DNA of 64,000 nucleotides, taken from positions 574,055 through 638,054 of the forward strand of contig PS015020.1 in NCBI GenBank assembly GCA_048213135.1. The letters run 5' to 3'. A program made the position numbers and the translations under genes. Below, piece by piece: positions 51,060-64,000 of the stretch. Under the pieces are notes generated by a model. The model saw only the letters and a list, made by a program, of their open reading frames with translations, was not told where the DNA came from and did no database searches. The number at the start of each line of letters is the position of its first letter. Position 1 is the stretch's first letter. Origin of the DNA: Reclinomonas americana ATCC 50394 (lineage: Eukaryota).

Positions 51060-52417
51060 TCATTCCATGTCCTTCTTTTGAATACCGACAGCTCGGCGCT
51101 TCCGCTGCGTCGGATTCACCAGGCTCATGGCCGTAATTGCCGCGGCTGGTCTCTTGCGCGAGGCCGCAGCCGACTTGTTCACCGGCGGGCCCATGCTGCC
51201 GCCACTCAGCGACTGACTGGAGCCGGAGGAGAATTGCGAAGCGTCCAGGTGCATGCCCGCCGCAGCTCCGCCACCTGCCACATCGTTGTAGTCAGTGGAG
51301 GGGAGGAGAACTCGTCGCCTTTTTTATGGCTCACCTGCCACAGCAGCGGCCAGCATTCGCTCGGCATTATCCGCGCGCTCCGCGGCCTCGGCCAGCGCGC
51401 GCTTGGTCTGCTCCAGCTCCGCCACCAGCTGCACCTCCCGCTCCGCCATCTCGGGGATCAGCGTAAAAGTCTCCTGCAGCAGCGCCTGGATCTTGCGCTG
51501 TGCCTCCGACAGGTGAAACACCTCTTGCAAGTCGAAGGCGATGCGGAACGTGAGACGGTCGACCAGGGGCGTGGACAACTCGATGCGTACCGCAGACTCG
51601 CCAACCAGCTCCCTCGCTGCAAGTCCACGCGCACATCAGTCCTCTGTTGCACAACACGCGCACCCTGCACTCCACTGACCGGTGATACTGGTGGCCGGCG
51701 CATTCATGGCCTTGGCAATGTACGCAAACAGATCTTTCCACGCCAGCCCCTCAATGCCCGTGGCCTCGCGCAGCTCACAGAACCTCTCGTACGTCACCTC
51801 CACGTGCGACACGTGCTTGAGGCCATTGGTGAACAGCAGCAACAGCGTCGGGTTGTCTCCGGGGTCCAACTGCACGCGCGCGCGCAAGAGAGAGTGAGGT
51901 GAAGCGCGCAAGTGTGTCATGCACGCAGCAGACAAACCTCCGGCAATACCGCCAACAAGCTCTGCGTCGATGCACTCCCTGCCGATCGTCCTGCGCGCAT
52001 ACACAGTCGCTCAGTGTGCCACTCCACTCACACACACACGCAGAGACAAGACCGCGCACCGCCAACAGAGGCCAACGAAGGCGCCGAAATGACACTCATC
52101 CGATCATCGTCCTCCCCATCCTCATCCTCCTCCTCCTCGTCGTCCTCCTCCTCATCCTCCTCGTCCTCCGCCGCACGTCGCCGCCGGTGACGCACTGGCC
52201 GTCGTCGCGCACTCGCCAACGTCGACGACGATCGCGTGCGCGCGACCGCGGCCACTGAGCGTAAATTGATATCGCGTGGCGTCAGCATCGACACAAACAT
52301 AAAGTCGCGGTCGGCCGCCGCTGCACTGCCGCCTGCGTGGCGACGCAGGACAAGCCCGCTGCAGAAGCGCCGGTGCAGCTCCACAATGTGCAAGCAGAAG
52401 TCGTCGTCGCGCACCAT
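51060..52417 (-). CDS. PAXX: PAXX-like XRCC4-superfamily NHEJ factor
   Basis: Head-like segment, coiled coil, and a C-terminal SLVNPTQRKRRAVGI resembling the PAXX Ku-binding motif SLINPGFKSKKPAGGV. Confidence 0.55.
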
Positions 52418-52468
52418 CCTGTCACAAAAACGAACGCGCAGGACGATCTGTCGCTTCTTGTGTGCGCG

Positions 52469-55400
52469 ATGAAGCGCGCTGCTGAGGACGAGGTACGTGC
52501 CGGATGCGCGTGCACAGTGCGTTTGACTCACCATGCGTGCGTCGTCACAGCTCGCTCGTGGCGATCGCAAGCGTCGCAGGCAACCTGCTCGTCGACATCG
52601 TGGTCGACCTCCTCCTCCTCGCCAGCGATCGTCGTCTTCAGCTCCGTCCTCCGCTGCGTTGCTGTCGCTGTTTGATGAGAAGCTGCTGCCGTCGAGCGAT
52701 GACGACGATCCCGATTACGAACCGCCATCCGCAGCCGCCGATGACGACGATGAAGACGAGCAAGGCGAAGAGGACGATGACGATGACGATGATGAGGACG
52801 ACGAGGAGAGAGCTGGCGGTGGCGGCCTGCCTGTCAGCGACTTTGATGTGCGTTGGCCTTTGTCATCGCTGACTCGGTTGTCGGCTGACAAGTATGTGCT
52901 GGCAGAATCCGGGATGGTCGCACCTGCTGGCGTCGCCGATGCGCAGTCCGGGTCCTGGTGGCTTTTCCGTGTACAGCCCACCGCTGCCGTCGGCCACCAT
53001 GCAGCTGCTGTTGAATACGTATGACGAGGAGGAGGAGGACGATGTCGATGATCCGGATTTCAGCTTGGCCGAGGCGCTGCAGGAGCTGCCGCCGGAGGAT
53101 GGCGAGGAGTTTATGTTTGATGATGACGCGCAAGGTGTGTGTGTGTGTAATGGTGGTGCTTCGTGTGTGTGTGCGGCTGCTGATGGGGAGAGGCAACGCA
53201 GACAATGAGGTGTCTTATCTGCATCACGATCTCGGCTCGCTGTCGTTCATTGCGCCGCTGGTCGGCGACATGGGCTCGTTTGTTACGCGCAGTCAGCACC
53301 GCACGCGAGAACGTCAGTCGGTGTTGTCAGCGGCGGCAGCAGCGGCGACGGCGGCGGCATCGGCGGCGGCAGAGGGGACGAGCACCTCCACGACGACGAC
53401 CAGCGTCACTGTTGTTCAGCCGTCCGAGCTGGCCTTTCAGCTGCTCCCGCCCTCGCCCGTGAAGCCGTTTGCCGACCTGCATTCCATGCTGCCGCCAGAA
53501 CCTCCTACTGCACACTACGCCCACCTCGCGCATCCACTCGCACCACCACCACTGCCACTGCCGCCACCGCCACCACTATTACCGCCACCGCCGTCGCAGT
53601 CCGAACTTCCCTATCCACCTCCGCTGCCGCCCTCCCTTGCACTGCCACCGCCGCCACTGCCACCACCGCTGCCTGCTCAACAGATGCCACCGGCGGCGCC
53701 GGCGGCGATGTTTTCGTACTCGGCCATCCTGTTGGAGTCGCTCGAGCACAGCAAACCCAAGTCGCTGGCGTCGCCTGGCGTGACCATGACGGCCGAGCAG
53801 CTGCGTCGAGTGCAGGAGCAAGTTGTCAAGGTGTGTTTGTAATCCGGAAGAAGGGCGAGTGTTTGCGCGAGATAGTCAACTCTCAACCCCTCGCAGTGGT
53901 ACCAACTGAGTGTCATGAGCACACTACTGGCTCTGCTCATGTCAGACACGAGCACGGGGAAGGAGGTGCTGCCGAAAGCCACCTTCACGCTCGGACACAT
54001 GTTGCGGCTGCGACTGCGTGCGCTGCAGCGCAAGGCGCTCATCAATCTCAGACCAGCACCGCAACGTTGCGTCAGTGGGGGGTGGTTATGATGAAGTGAT
54101 ATGTGATGATGACACGCAACAGCACTTCCCGTGTGGACCGTGCTGGATCCGCCCGGGTGGGCACCGGCGCTGACCAAGGTGTACAAGCTGGCCAACAAGC
54201 ACAAGGTGATTGCGTGGCTTGCTTCCTGAACGCACTGCATCTTCTCCCTTAATCGTGAGCACAGACGGAGACTCCGTCGATAGATGTCGTGCAGGCACTC
54301 ATCGACAGCACCGCCGTGCTGCGCCAGCCGTCGCCCACCGAATTCAATCTCGCTGGTGAGTGGGAGAGGGTGTGTGCACTTGGCTTCACTCACTCATTGC
54401 TGCCGCCGCAGACGCCATGGGTCACATGTCGGCGCTGGCCTCGTCGAATCGACGACTGCAATTTTACAAGGAGGAAGACGCGCTGATCATTGCCGGGATT
54501 GAGAAGTTGCGCGCGAGTAGCAGGCGCTCGCTGTGTTGATGGCGGAGTGTCATTCCCCGCGTCGTGCAGATACGGAGAGAACTGGAGCCGACTGGCCATG
54601 CTCATTCCGTCCAAGGATCGGAAGCAGCTGGGCAGTCGGTGGCGCAACGTCGAGATGCACAGCAAGGGGCGCGAGCCAGACAACCCTGCCAGGGGGCGAA
54701 TCATCAAGGAAGTCCTCTCGGGCGACGATCTGCGGGTGTGTTTCTCCCCGTTCTGCGTTGACAATGACGCCAGCTAATCGTCTGGTGTGGCATGCAGGCC
54801 TTTCGCTTGCGAGTACTCAAACCGCTGGTGCAGAGCGAATACGAGCTGTGCTGCAAGGTTTATTTCCACTTCTGTGAGTGTGTGTGCCTTGAACTCACTC
54901 TCGCGAGGGCGGTGCGACAGGGCATCGCGCAATTCGGCTTCGACTGGGAGGAGATTTGTCGCACATACATGAAGAATCGCCTGCCGACCGTCATGTCGCG
55001 CCTGTACAACCAGGCCACGTCCCAGCTGTGCGAGAATGGCTCTCTTCCTCTGGTAAGGCAGCTTATCTGTGTATGGACACCTCGATATCGTCTCTCTCTC
55101 TTACGCCCGCGAGTGACAGACAAACTCGGTGGCATCCACCGAGGTGGTGACCACCATCGCCGACGAGACGGTCTCCTACAGTGCGCCGGCACACTCGCAG
55201 CTGGAGGCCGAACGCAAGTTTGACGGCATCGACAAGGTGGTACTGTCGGAAGCCGACCTGTTGGCGGCCTCATACGATCTCCCAGCGCCCCCACCACCAC
55301 CTGCGCACGAGGAAGAAGAGCACTTGATGGACAGGGACGGCGACGACCGGCCGGCGTCTCCAGTTGCCACCACGCCTTCTCCACGACCCTCACCACCTGC

Positions 55401-55596
55401 AGTCGACGCTGAATGGACGGCCGCCGACGACGAGAAGATCGAGGAAGGTCTCATGGCGTCGTTCGGCCTGGACGAGCAGTCCATGATTCGCAGCATTCAC
55501 CAACAGTACTTTCCCGCGCGATCGCTGGAGAGTGTCGGTACTCGAGTCGTGCATGTGCTGCAGGAGGTCACGATCCGAATGAACGCCGCGAAGTGA
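52469..55596 (+). CDS. GON4L/YY1AP1/DUO3-like Myb/SANT nuclear regulator
   Basis: Acidic DDDDPDYEP/DDPDF motifs and MTAEQLRRVQEQV. SANT-like FYKEEDALIIAGIEKYGENWSRLAMLIPSKDRKQL...PDNP, plus a second repeat GIAQFGFDWEEIC. Confidence 0.65.
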
Positions 55597-55651
55597 CAGA
55601 CAGACAGAGAGAAGTGCGGGATGCTCGCTGCGCTCCCCTTCTCATCAATCA

Positions 55652-58600
55652 ATGAGCGATGACAGCGAGTCTCTGCACGAGGCCGCGCGGCTGTGCGCAG
55701 TGCTGTCTGCTCTCGGAGGAGGAGAGCACGAGGCAGCCACACAACACTCATCGTCTGCGCACACTGAACAGTTGTCACACGAGGTGCTCGACTGTGTGTA
55801 CGCACTTGCGTGTGAGAGCAACGGTCAGTGCTCCTCTGTGTGTGTGAGAGAGAGTCAGAGAAGAGTTGCTGAGTGTGTAATGAGCAGATGCAGCGCACAT
55901 GGAATGCATCACTCGTCTGCTGCGCGTAATGGAGAAGAGCGTGCGCGTGTTGCATCCCGATGCCGCCGTGCATGTTGCGTGAGACAGTGCACACACTGTG
56001 TAAGTGCGTGTCTCACTGGACACACAGTTCATTGATCTCATTCCTCTGGTGGATCGGGATGTTCGCGAGTTGTGCATTTCCGCAGCGCCCTCTGTGCTCG
56101 CCAACAGCACTGCTCACAGTTGCGAGTGGAACGATGCACCTTTGCGCATCGACCTTCCACTGACAACCAGAGATGCAGTTCTTGAGCACTTGGTGGAGAC
56201 ACTGCGTGCGGTGGCGGCCGAGGATCCGACGCTGTTGGTGTACGTGATGGGAGCTCTCTCGGAGGTGCATCTGCCGACGGCACAGCAGGAGGCAGTGATG
56301 CGACTGGCCGAGGATGCGTTGGCGGTGGTGGAGGAGAGCGATGTGCCGACACTGGTGCGCAGCATTCTGCGGCACTTGAGCAAGAGTTGTGTGAGGTGCT
56401 AAGGAGGAGGAGGACGTGGGAGAACGAGGCTGCTGATCTCGTAGTGCGTGTAGGCAATGGAGCGGTGGCAGTGGCGCGTGTGCGACAGGGGTGTGCGACA
56501 CTCGGGGCGGGCGCGTTGGCTGTGGTCGTCGGGCAGGTGCTGATGCACACGTTTCGCGTCAATGCCGTGGCCAGTTGCGTGGGAATGCTTGTTGGACTGA
56601 CTTGACTGCTGCCGTGGCTCACGTGGCTTGTTGCAGCCAGTTGTTTTGTGGCTGCCATTGCTGATGCGCCACGTCTGACCCCACTCGACGTGCATCTGGC
56701 ACTGGCGCTGCTGACGCGACCGCGCATGAAGGACGCGGTGTTGGCGGCGTGTGGCAAGGCGGTGACGAGGCACACGCTGCACTTGGAGCTGGTGCAGTTG
56801 CGCTTTGTGAACAGCGCTGATTTTGTTTCGTGACGCTCTGCTGCAGTCTCACTTGCGCTGAGCAGGGAGTGCCTGCAGCAGGATGAGCTGGCGATGACCG
56901 AGTTGCCGGGATGGTTGCAGTTTGCCGCGCAGTGTGTGATGCACGAGAGCTTTAGCAGTGGGACGGGGGTGCCGTGGGCCTGCGCCATCTACTCGTCTCT
57001 GTTTGAACGCCACGTTGACGCGCAAAAGGAGGTGAGTGGAGGGGAAGTCGCCACGACCCGTCTCCGTGTTGACTTTGCCGCAGATTCTGTCCACCGTGCT
57101 GTTCATGCTTTCGCAGCGACGCGTGCAGGCGTCGGAGCGGTTGGTGTACCCAACGCTCCCTCTGGCTGTTGCATTGCGTCGTCACACTGACATCGATACC
57201 TCACCTCCACAGCGATGTGAAGAGCTTCTGCCGAATGTTGGAGGATCTGCCAATCGGGTCACGGCACTCGGCGCTGATTGTCAACAAGATCATGTCGAGC
57301 GGCAAGAACGCTGCTGGTGAGACACGACTGCAATGATGTCAGCAGGCAGTGCGTAATGGCGCTGACTCGTCATGGTATGCGACTGCAGACAGCGTATTTC
57401 GAACACTGTGCATCATTGCCTGCCGACTGGCGACGGCGAACGAGTCCCTCGCCAACTCGTTGCTCATCTACGTGCGCAAGGAGCTCACCAAGGCCGCCGA
57501 CGTGCACTTTCGCAATGGTCTCTGCTGTGACTCTCTCCACTATCCTCCTCCAGTTGTTCTGTTGTCGCTCATTCTTGCTCTCGATTGTGCAGGCGTGATT
57601 GCTGCCGAGTGCCTGCTGCGTTCGTCGCGAGCGGCTGCCGAAGGTTCACATTTTGTGTGGCTCTGTCATCACGCTTCTTCTGCTGTCCATGACGTTCAGT
57701 GTGCACAGACGAAATGTCGGTCCTCGCGTGGGCATGCGAGGCGACGTTGCACGCCGCGCCTCATCGTCGAGTCCGCCTGTGGACTCTGCTGCAGGCTGTC
57801 GCTTCTGTGCTGCCCCCGGTTCGTCGTTGTATGCGTTGTGTGACTTGCAGATTTTCGCATGAGCTCAGACTCGCGCGCAGGAGCTTGCGCACTTTGCCAT
57901 GCAGGAGCACGTGTTGCAGAGATTGAGCCAGACGGGTCTCGTGCAGCACGTGCTGGCGCGCTTCTTGCCACCGGAGCCGGCCGTCGCGCTGCCAGCTTGC
58001 GAGGCTGTGTTTGTGGCGCTCTCCGACGTGCCCGAGCATGTGCTGCGGGTCGACAGCCTGCTGCAGTGCTCACCCGAGCACTCATTCTCGATGTGGCTCG
58101 CGGACGCTGTGGAGGCACTCGGTGCCTTTGTGGCTCTCGATGTGCGACTCGCCGATGGAGTTTATTGTCACCTCACTCACTCGTTGTTTCTTCACCGCTG
58201 ATCGCTGACCTCACTCTTCTCTCGCAGGAGGTGGATGGATTGACGAATCTGCTGTCGTGTGGTATGGTGCTGCCAAACTACAGTCAGCATGTGGCGCAGC
58301 AGCGGCGCAAGGCGGCGATTCTCGAGCGAATTCGTGAGCGCCGGGTTTGTACACGCTCCTTGCCGTGGAAGCAGTCACTCCCTCATTTTTTCTGTGCGAC
58401 AGCGGCAACGTGAGACACGGGATCAGCGTGCGGACTTGGCGCGGATGCTCGCTCAGCCGCGCGCGACTCGACTGCTCACTTTGCGCGGTGTGTTTGAGGG
58501 CTCCAACCTGGCCGCCGACGAAGAGGAGGCCGAAGATGAGCTGTTGCGCACCTCCACCACCGCTGCAGTGGATATGCAGCGTGTGGCCGAAGAACTCGCC

Positions 58601-61600
58601 GCGGCCTCTGCGGTCATGCAGTCGTTGGTGTGCGCCACTGTTGCGCAGCGATCTGCGTTGGCAGTGCATCGGGAGCTGGCATGTTGCGCCGAGTTGCCAG
58701 TCGCCAATCTTATTTGTCCGTGCTCTCTCTCACCGATACACAGCGCTCACCACCCTGCGCCTGTTCACTGCACTGCGACTGCGTCGTGAGGCTCTCTGCC
58801 TGTCGCCAGCGGACCGCAGTGCGCGACTGGCCTCGCTGCTCGGCGACGGTGCTCTGCCGCCGCTGTCAGTGTCGATTGTCGCTCTGCGCCGACCCGACGT
58901 GTGGCGACTCGCGGACGGTGATGGTGACGAGGAGGACGATCAACTTTCACTTGTGCTGTGCTTGCTCTGGTCGATGCTGCAGCAGCGGGCGTCTGAGCAG
59001 GTTTGGCGAAGCGTGTCGTGCGTGGACGAACTACCTCTCACTTCCGTTTCCAATATGAGCAGGATGCGTCAATGCGCCGTGCCATTGTGTGCTCCGCCTT
59101 GTGCGCGTCACGCTGGCTAGCCAGCCGACATGAGAGTGTGCGACACCGACCAGTGGGTTCTGACGAGAAGCAGGAAGAGGTGCTGTCTGAGTTGACGGCC
59201 GCCCGAACGTTGCGACACTCGATTGGTCGTACAAGTGATGTTCGTCCTCTGCTGCTCACGCGTGCCGCCGCACAGGTTGTGTTACTTGCTGATTGCCAGC
59301 TGCGTGCAAGGGGGCGGCGGCAGTGGTGTTGGCGATGAGTTGCGGTCGTGTGCCTTTGCGGAGCTGCGGCGCCAGTTGCTGCTCTGCGACGAGCGAATCA
59401 TGGCAGCAACTTGCATGGCATGCCTGAACATTCTAAGCACCGGCACTGTGGTGGAGACGGAGGTCTGTCTGTATGTGTGTGTCTCCGAGACGATCCACCA
59501 AGTCCATCTCACTGTGATTGGCAGATGCCCGCACTCGTTGGTTGGTGTACCTCGTCACTGCTGTCTTGTCATCACTACGGCACGTCGGGTGGACGAGGCG
59601 CACAAGAGCGCTCCACGGCGCAGCTCTTTGATGTGCTGCTGATGGACGGACCGCACCAAACCTTGTCCCTGTTGATGCAATCGGTGTCTTCTGCCTTGAA
59701 GCCACTGACGACCTCATCGCTGCTGTGGCAGTACTTGGAGGACAAGAGTTGCAGCGCGTCGTGTGTCATTGCCCGTTCGCTTGCTCGCCTTCTCATGCGC
59801 ACAGCAGAATTTGTCGGCGGCACTGGCTGGCTGACCGGCAGTACGCGTCCCGAGACGGCGGCGTGCTGGGCACCGCTGAGTTGCGCCGTCGCCGCGCAGT
59901 CGGTCGGTGATAACTTGTGCATGCTGCGGGCGCTCCTGCGTGCTGCCCTCGAGGTTATCGACAAGGCCAATCAGCAGTTGCGTTTGTGGGGCATTGTTAT
60001 TCCATGACTGCCAGGTGATCATGGAAGTGTGTTCGTATGTGTGCAGGAGGACGAGCGGAGATGGTGATGTGCTGGTGACGCATGAGCGCTTTCGCGTGGT
60101 CACCACAGCGAGCGTGTTTCATGTTGCGTGTTCACTTCTGCCTTTTTTCCGGCGATGCTGCTTCTCCGTCTCAATTCTCACCACACAGACACTCCGGTTT
60201 GTGTGGCTCACCGCGCTGGCCTATGTGGCGGAGTGCCTCGCAGCTCCACATGCCGACATTGCGACGGCGGCGTTCTTTATTCGACTGATCAGCTATTGTG
60301 CGACGGTGGCGTGTGCTGCTGCGCGCAGTGGTCGACGTGTACTGCGCGCCACGGAGTTGTCATCCACGTTGCGTGCTCACTCTTTGTCCTCAATATCTGC
60401 GTGGCCTCACGTCATCTGCGTAGGAGCGGCTTTGCGTTCCTGGTCGCCGTTCTGCAGCGCTCGCTGGAGACCGTGGAGGCGTTCACCAGCGCGGCGTTGG
60501 TGGCACGATCGGATCCCAGCGTGCACGTACCGGGCGCCGAGGCGGGATCTGCAGCCAGCGTGCAGCGTGTGGTGAGCGGCTCCGCGGCTGAGTCGCCAGT
60601 CTTGCTCGCCGCCTTGCGGCACCTGTTGAAACTCGCCGAGGAGCGACTATTGGGGCCGTCCACGGCCGGCAAGAAGCGCGATGTTCGAGTTGCGTGCCAG
60701 ATCCATGCAGCAGGTGATGATGGGAAGACCAGCTCACATGGTGACAGGCGGAACGACTGGTTCGTCTGACCAAGGTGCGCGACCGGTTGGAGCAAGTGCG
60801 ACAGCGAATCGGCGGCCAGCTTCTCGTGCATCATCTGGAAGACCTGGCGTCGCGCGTGAAGACCGTGCGTGCCGTGCGGACGGAGCGCCTCCTGCGGCAA
60901 CATCTCGTCGGTCACAACGGTATGAGCGTTTTTCTGTGTTCCCTGCTGCTTATCGTCGCACGGTGTTCATTCGTGCGCACAGAGCTCGTGCCGATGCTGG
61001 AAGCTGCGGCTCTTGTGAACACCGAATGCGCACAAGTTCGCAGTGCGGTACACGAAGGCCACGTGCTGACGGCTCGTGTCAGCGACGCCCTCCGATGCGA
61101 TTTGCCAGAGGCGGCTTGGAATGCACCGTGCAGCAGCAGCAGCCGGGACGAGGATCACGTGCCGCCGCAGAGAAGCGATGGCACAGTGGTACGGTCGTGG
61201 CAGAAACGACCCGACGCCGCAGTGCGCCTTCCCGTTGAGGCTGCCGCGTTGCGCCCACGGTTGCCGTCGTCACTGCGTGATGTCGACGAGGAGGAGGAGG
61301 AGGACGAGGAGATGGACGGCGCAGAAGACGACCTGGAGGAGAACGCTGACGACGACGAGGAAGAAGCCGAGGACGACGATATGGAAGACGACGAAGAAGA
61401 GGAAGAAGAAGAAAGGCCGCTTATCCGTCGCCAGTCCACCCGCCGTCGTCGCGATGGCGATGGAGACGACGACGACGAGCGTGCACCGAAGCGAGCGCGC
61501 CCGTCGACTTCGCTGCTGCCACCACCACCTATCCTCCCACCAATGCCTCCACTTCCACCACCTCCTCCGCCTCCACCCAACGCGTCAACGCTGATGCCAC

Positions 61601-61662
61601 CGCCACCACCGCGTCGTCCGCGCATCACTCCCACTCTGGTCGCACCGCTGCCTCCACAGTGA
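55652..61662 (+). CDS. FANCD2: Fanconi anaemia group D2 protein homolog
   Basis: LLVYVMGALSEVHL...ESDVPTLVRSIL and LLIYVRKELT...GVIAA match FANCD2, including the RKQL-type monoubiquitination lysine. Many exons; acidic/Pro-rich tail. Confidence 0.7.
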
Positions 61663-61843
61663 AACAGAACGTCGCGAATATATTCTTATCTTGCAATATA
61701 TATGCCGGCGGCCGTGTGTCCCGGGAAAGTTTTGAAGCAAGCGCGCGCACCATTCCACACACGCAAAGAGAAGAGAAAGGCGTACAAACCGAGAGTACAC
61801 AGTTGTCGAGAACAGAGAGCAGACACTGACACTGTGAGAAAAG

Positions 61844-62021
61844 ATGGAGACGAGTGACGATGAATCTTTGTCGCTCACGCATCGCATCTTTCACGCACTG
61901 AGACACCCTCAAGAGGCCACTCCCAGTGTGAGCACACTGCACGCACTGTGTGAGCAGTACGCGCAGCCGCCCACGCGACCACTCGATCACCTCACAGACG
62001 AGCGCGGGAGGCAAGTCACAC

Positions 62022-62065
<44 letters not shown>

Positions 62066-63575
62066 ACTCTGACTCTCTCACACACAGGACTGTGTTGCAC
62101 TATGCTGCTGTGTGTGGCGACCCGTCTGTGGTGGACTTTCTGTGCGCGCGCTGCTCATCACTCACGCGCACGAGCGTGGACGCGGAGGGATTGAGCGCGT
62201 GGGAACTTGCTCTGCGCGCAGGTCGCCAGTGTGAGGCGCGCATTCTCCAGCGATGGGCCTCCACTGGCGCAGTGGTGACTCTGAGAAGTGGAGCTGCGCA
62301 GGCGTTGGTGTTGCATGCGCTGGCCGCCTCAGGTCAATCACAATCACTGACATTATCACCAACATCATCAATCTGACTTAAGATTGCCATTGTCATTGTC
62401 TGCGTCGTAGGTGAGATTGATGCGTTGATGGAGGCTGTGGAGCAGGGCGTGGATCTTGCGGGCGTGTATGATCGTGAGCAACGATCGTTGGTGCACACGG
62501 CGGCTGCGGCCGGGCAGCTGGCCGTGGTGCGATACCTGGTCGAGGAGTGCGGCTTGTCTGTTGAATCGCGTGATCGGTTTGTGTGTGTGTGTGTGTGGGC
62601 GATGAATGATGGGGGAGAGTATTCAAAACCGATGTGGTGCAGGTGGGGATCGTCGCCGGTGGCGGAGGCGCTGGATGGCGAGTTTATCGATGTGGTGGAG
62701 TACTTGCAGTCGAGAGGTGCTGTGCGTGGTCCGCCGCTCTTGAGTTGCGTTTTTTTTTTTGGCCGGGCGAGTGCGCGTGTGCGTGTGCTGATGTGGTGTT
62801 GTGTAGCGGTCAAGCAGCGCATGGGTTGCTTGTTGTGGGCGGCGGCGGCGCGGGGTGATGTGCTGGCGGTGCGGGCATTGCTGGCGGCAGGTGCCGATGT
62901 GAATTACATGAATGAGGATGGCCGGTGAGTCGCTGCCGTCGTGCGGGGAACATGGAGTGCTGGCACTCGACTCACCTCGAGTGCGCAGAACGGCATTGCA
63001 TATTGCGTCGTCGTACGGGCACTTGGAGGTGGTTCTGGTGCTGCTGCAGGCCGGTGCAGTGCGCCATGTGGCCGATCAGTGGGGTTCGCCACCACTGCAG
63101 GATGCAGTGCGGCATGGACACACTGGTGAAGGGGGTTGTTGTTGAGGGTGTTGATCGTGAGTGTGACCTTTTTCTGACCTGAGTTTCTTGTGTTCATGTG
63201 TGCGCAGCGATTGCTGCTCTCTTCCAGGGCAATCACCCGTCTGTGCTGATGCAACTGCGGGCGAGCACGCAAGGTGGCGGCGCCGATGATGACGACGATG
63301 ATGGGGATGATGGAGATGATATGGGGGACATGGCAAGTGAGGGAACTGGTGTCTCGCTTCTCGATCCCGTAAGGGTATGGCACGATAACTCGTTTCGTGT
63401 GCGTGTGTCGACTGTTTGCGCTTACCTTTACAATTTAGGCCCGTGAGGCGCCCACGATTGCGTTGGAGGTGAGTCGATCGGTTGGGATTGGGGAAGAGGA
63501 TGCACGTTGTCTCACATTTGTTTGTTTGCATGACTCTCGGTGCAGATGGATGATCAGGTGTGTACGCGCGCGCGC

Positions 63576-63664
<89 letters not shown>

Positions 63665-64000
63665 TTGCATCCGCTTGTTGTTGGTGGACTCTTTATCACT
63701 CTTTCTTCAGGCACAGTCATTAGCGGATACCGACATGGTCTCGATGCCGCCACTAAGACCACTGCCGCGTGGTATCCCGCCGCTGCCGACGTCCCCGAAT
63801 CAGAGATTATCGCACGCTGCCGCAGAGTTTGCGTCAAGCTCGGCGGCCGCGTCGAGTCATTCAGCAGGTACCAGCTGCTTGCAGAGTTCACATTTTCTTC
63901 ATGCGCCTAACCTGTGTTTGCGCACGTAGCCGAGGTTGCAGAAATGGGCTGGGACTCACCGGGAGCTCCCGCCGAACACGGCAGCAGCAGCAGCAGGAGT
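61844..64000 (+). CDS. Ankyrin-repeat protein (3'-partial)
   Basis: GRTVLHYAA, RSLVHTAAAAGQLAVVRYLV, DRWGSSP, GRTALHIASSYGHLEVV and DQWGSPPL. Runs off the end of the window. Confidence 0.85.

Overview
Gene-dense, GC-rich, intron-rich nuclear DNA from a eukaryote, most likely a flagellated protist (organism not identifiable from sequence alone). It is a draft assembly with five N-gaps flanked by ACGT/ACG flow-type artefacts. Manual splicing gives about 22 protein genes: a GT10 fucosyltransferase-like gene, a single-pass disordered membrane protein, a WD40 protein, IWR1, a GT77-like glycosyltransferase, a secreted Arg/acidic protein, SURF6/RRP14, a TPH-like coiled-coil protein, an intronless orphan, a plant-type CBL calcium sensor, two divergent Ctr copper transporters, a large NHL/Ig-like surface protein, a TPR/coiled-coil protein, SRP40/Nopp140, two divergent GH16 genes, a small RING protein, INCENP, PAXX-like, GON4L/DUO3-like, FANCD2 and an ankyrin protein. 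There is also a 235-bp MITE. The most striking signal is a recurrent atypical 5' splice site: about 17 introns in 9 genes begin GTTGCGT or a close variant, i.e. the usual GTGCGT shifted by one base, always after a non-G exon end. Other highlights are an active plus catalytically dead GH16 pair 57 bp apart head-to-head, a single in-frame TGA in an otherwise intact glycosyltransferase, and extremely short tandem intergenic spacers. All exon structures are my manual inferences, without transcript data.
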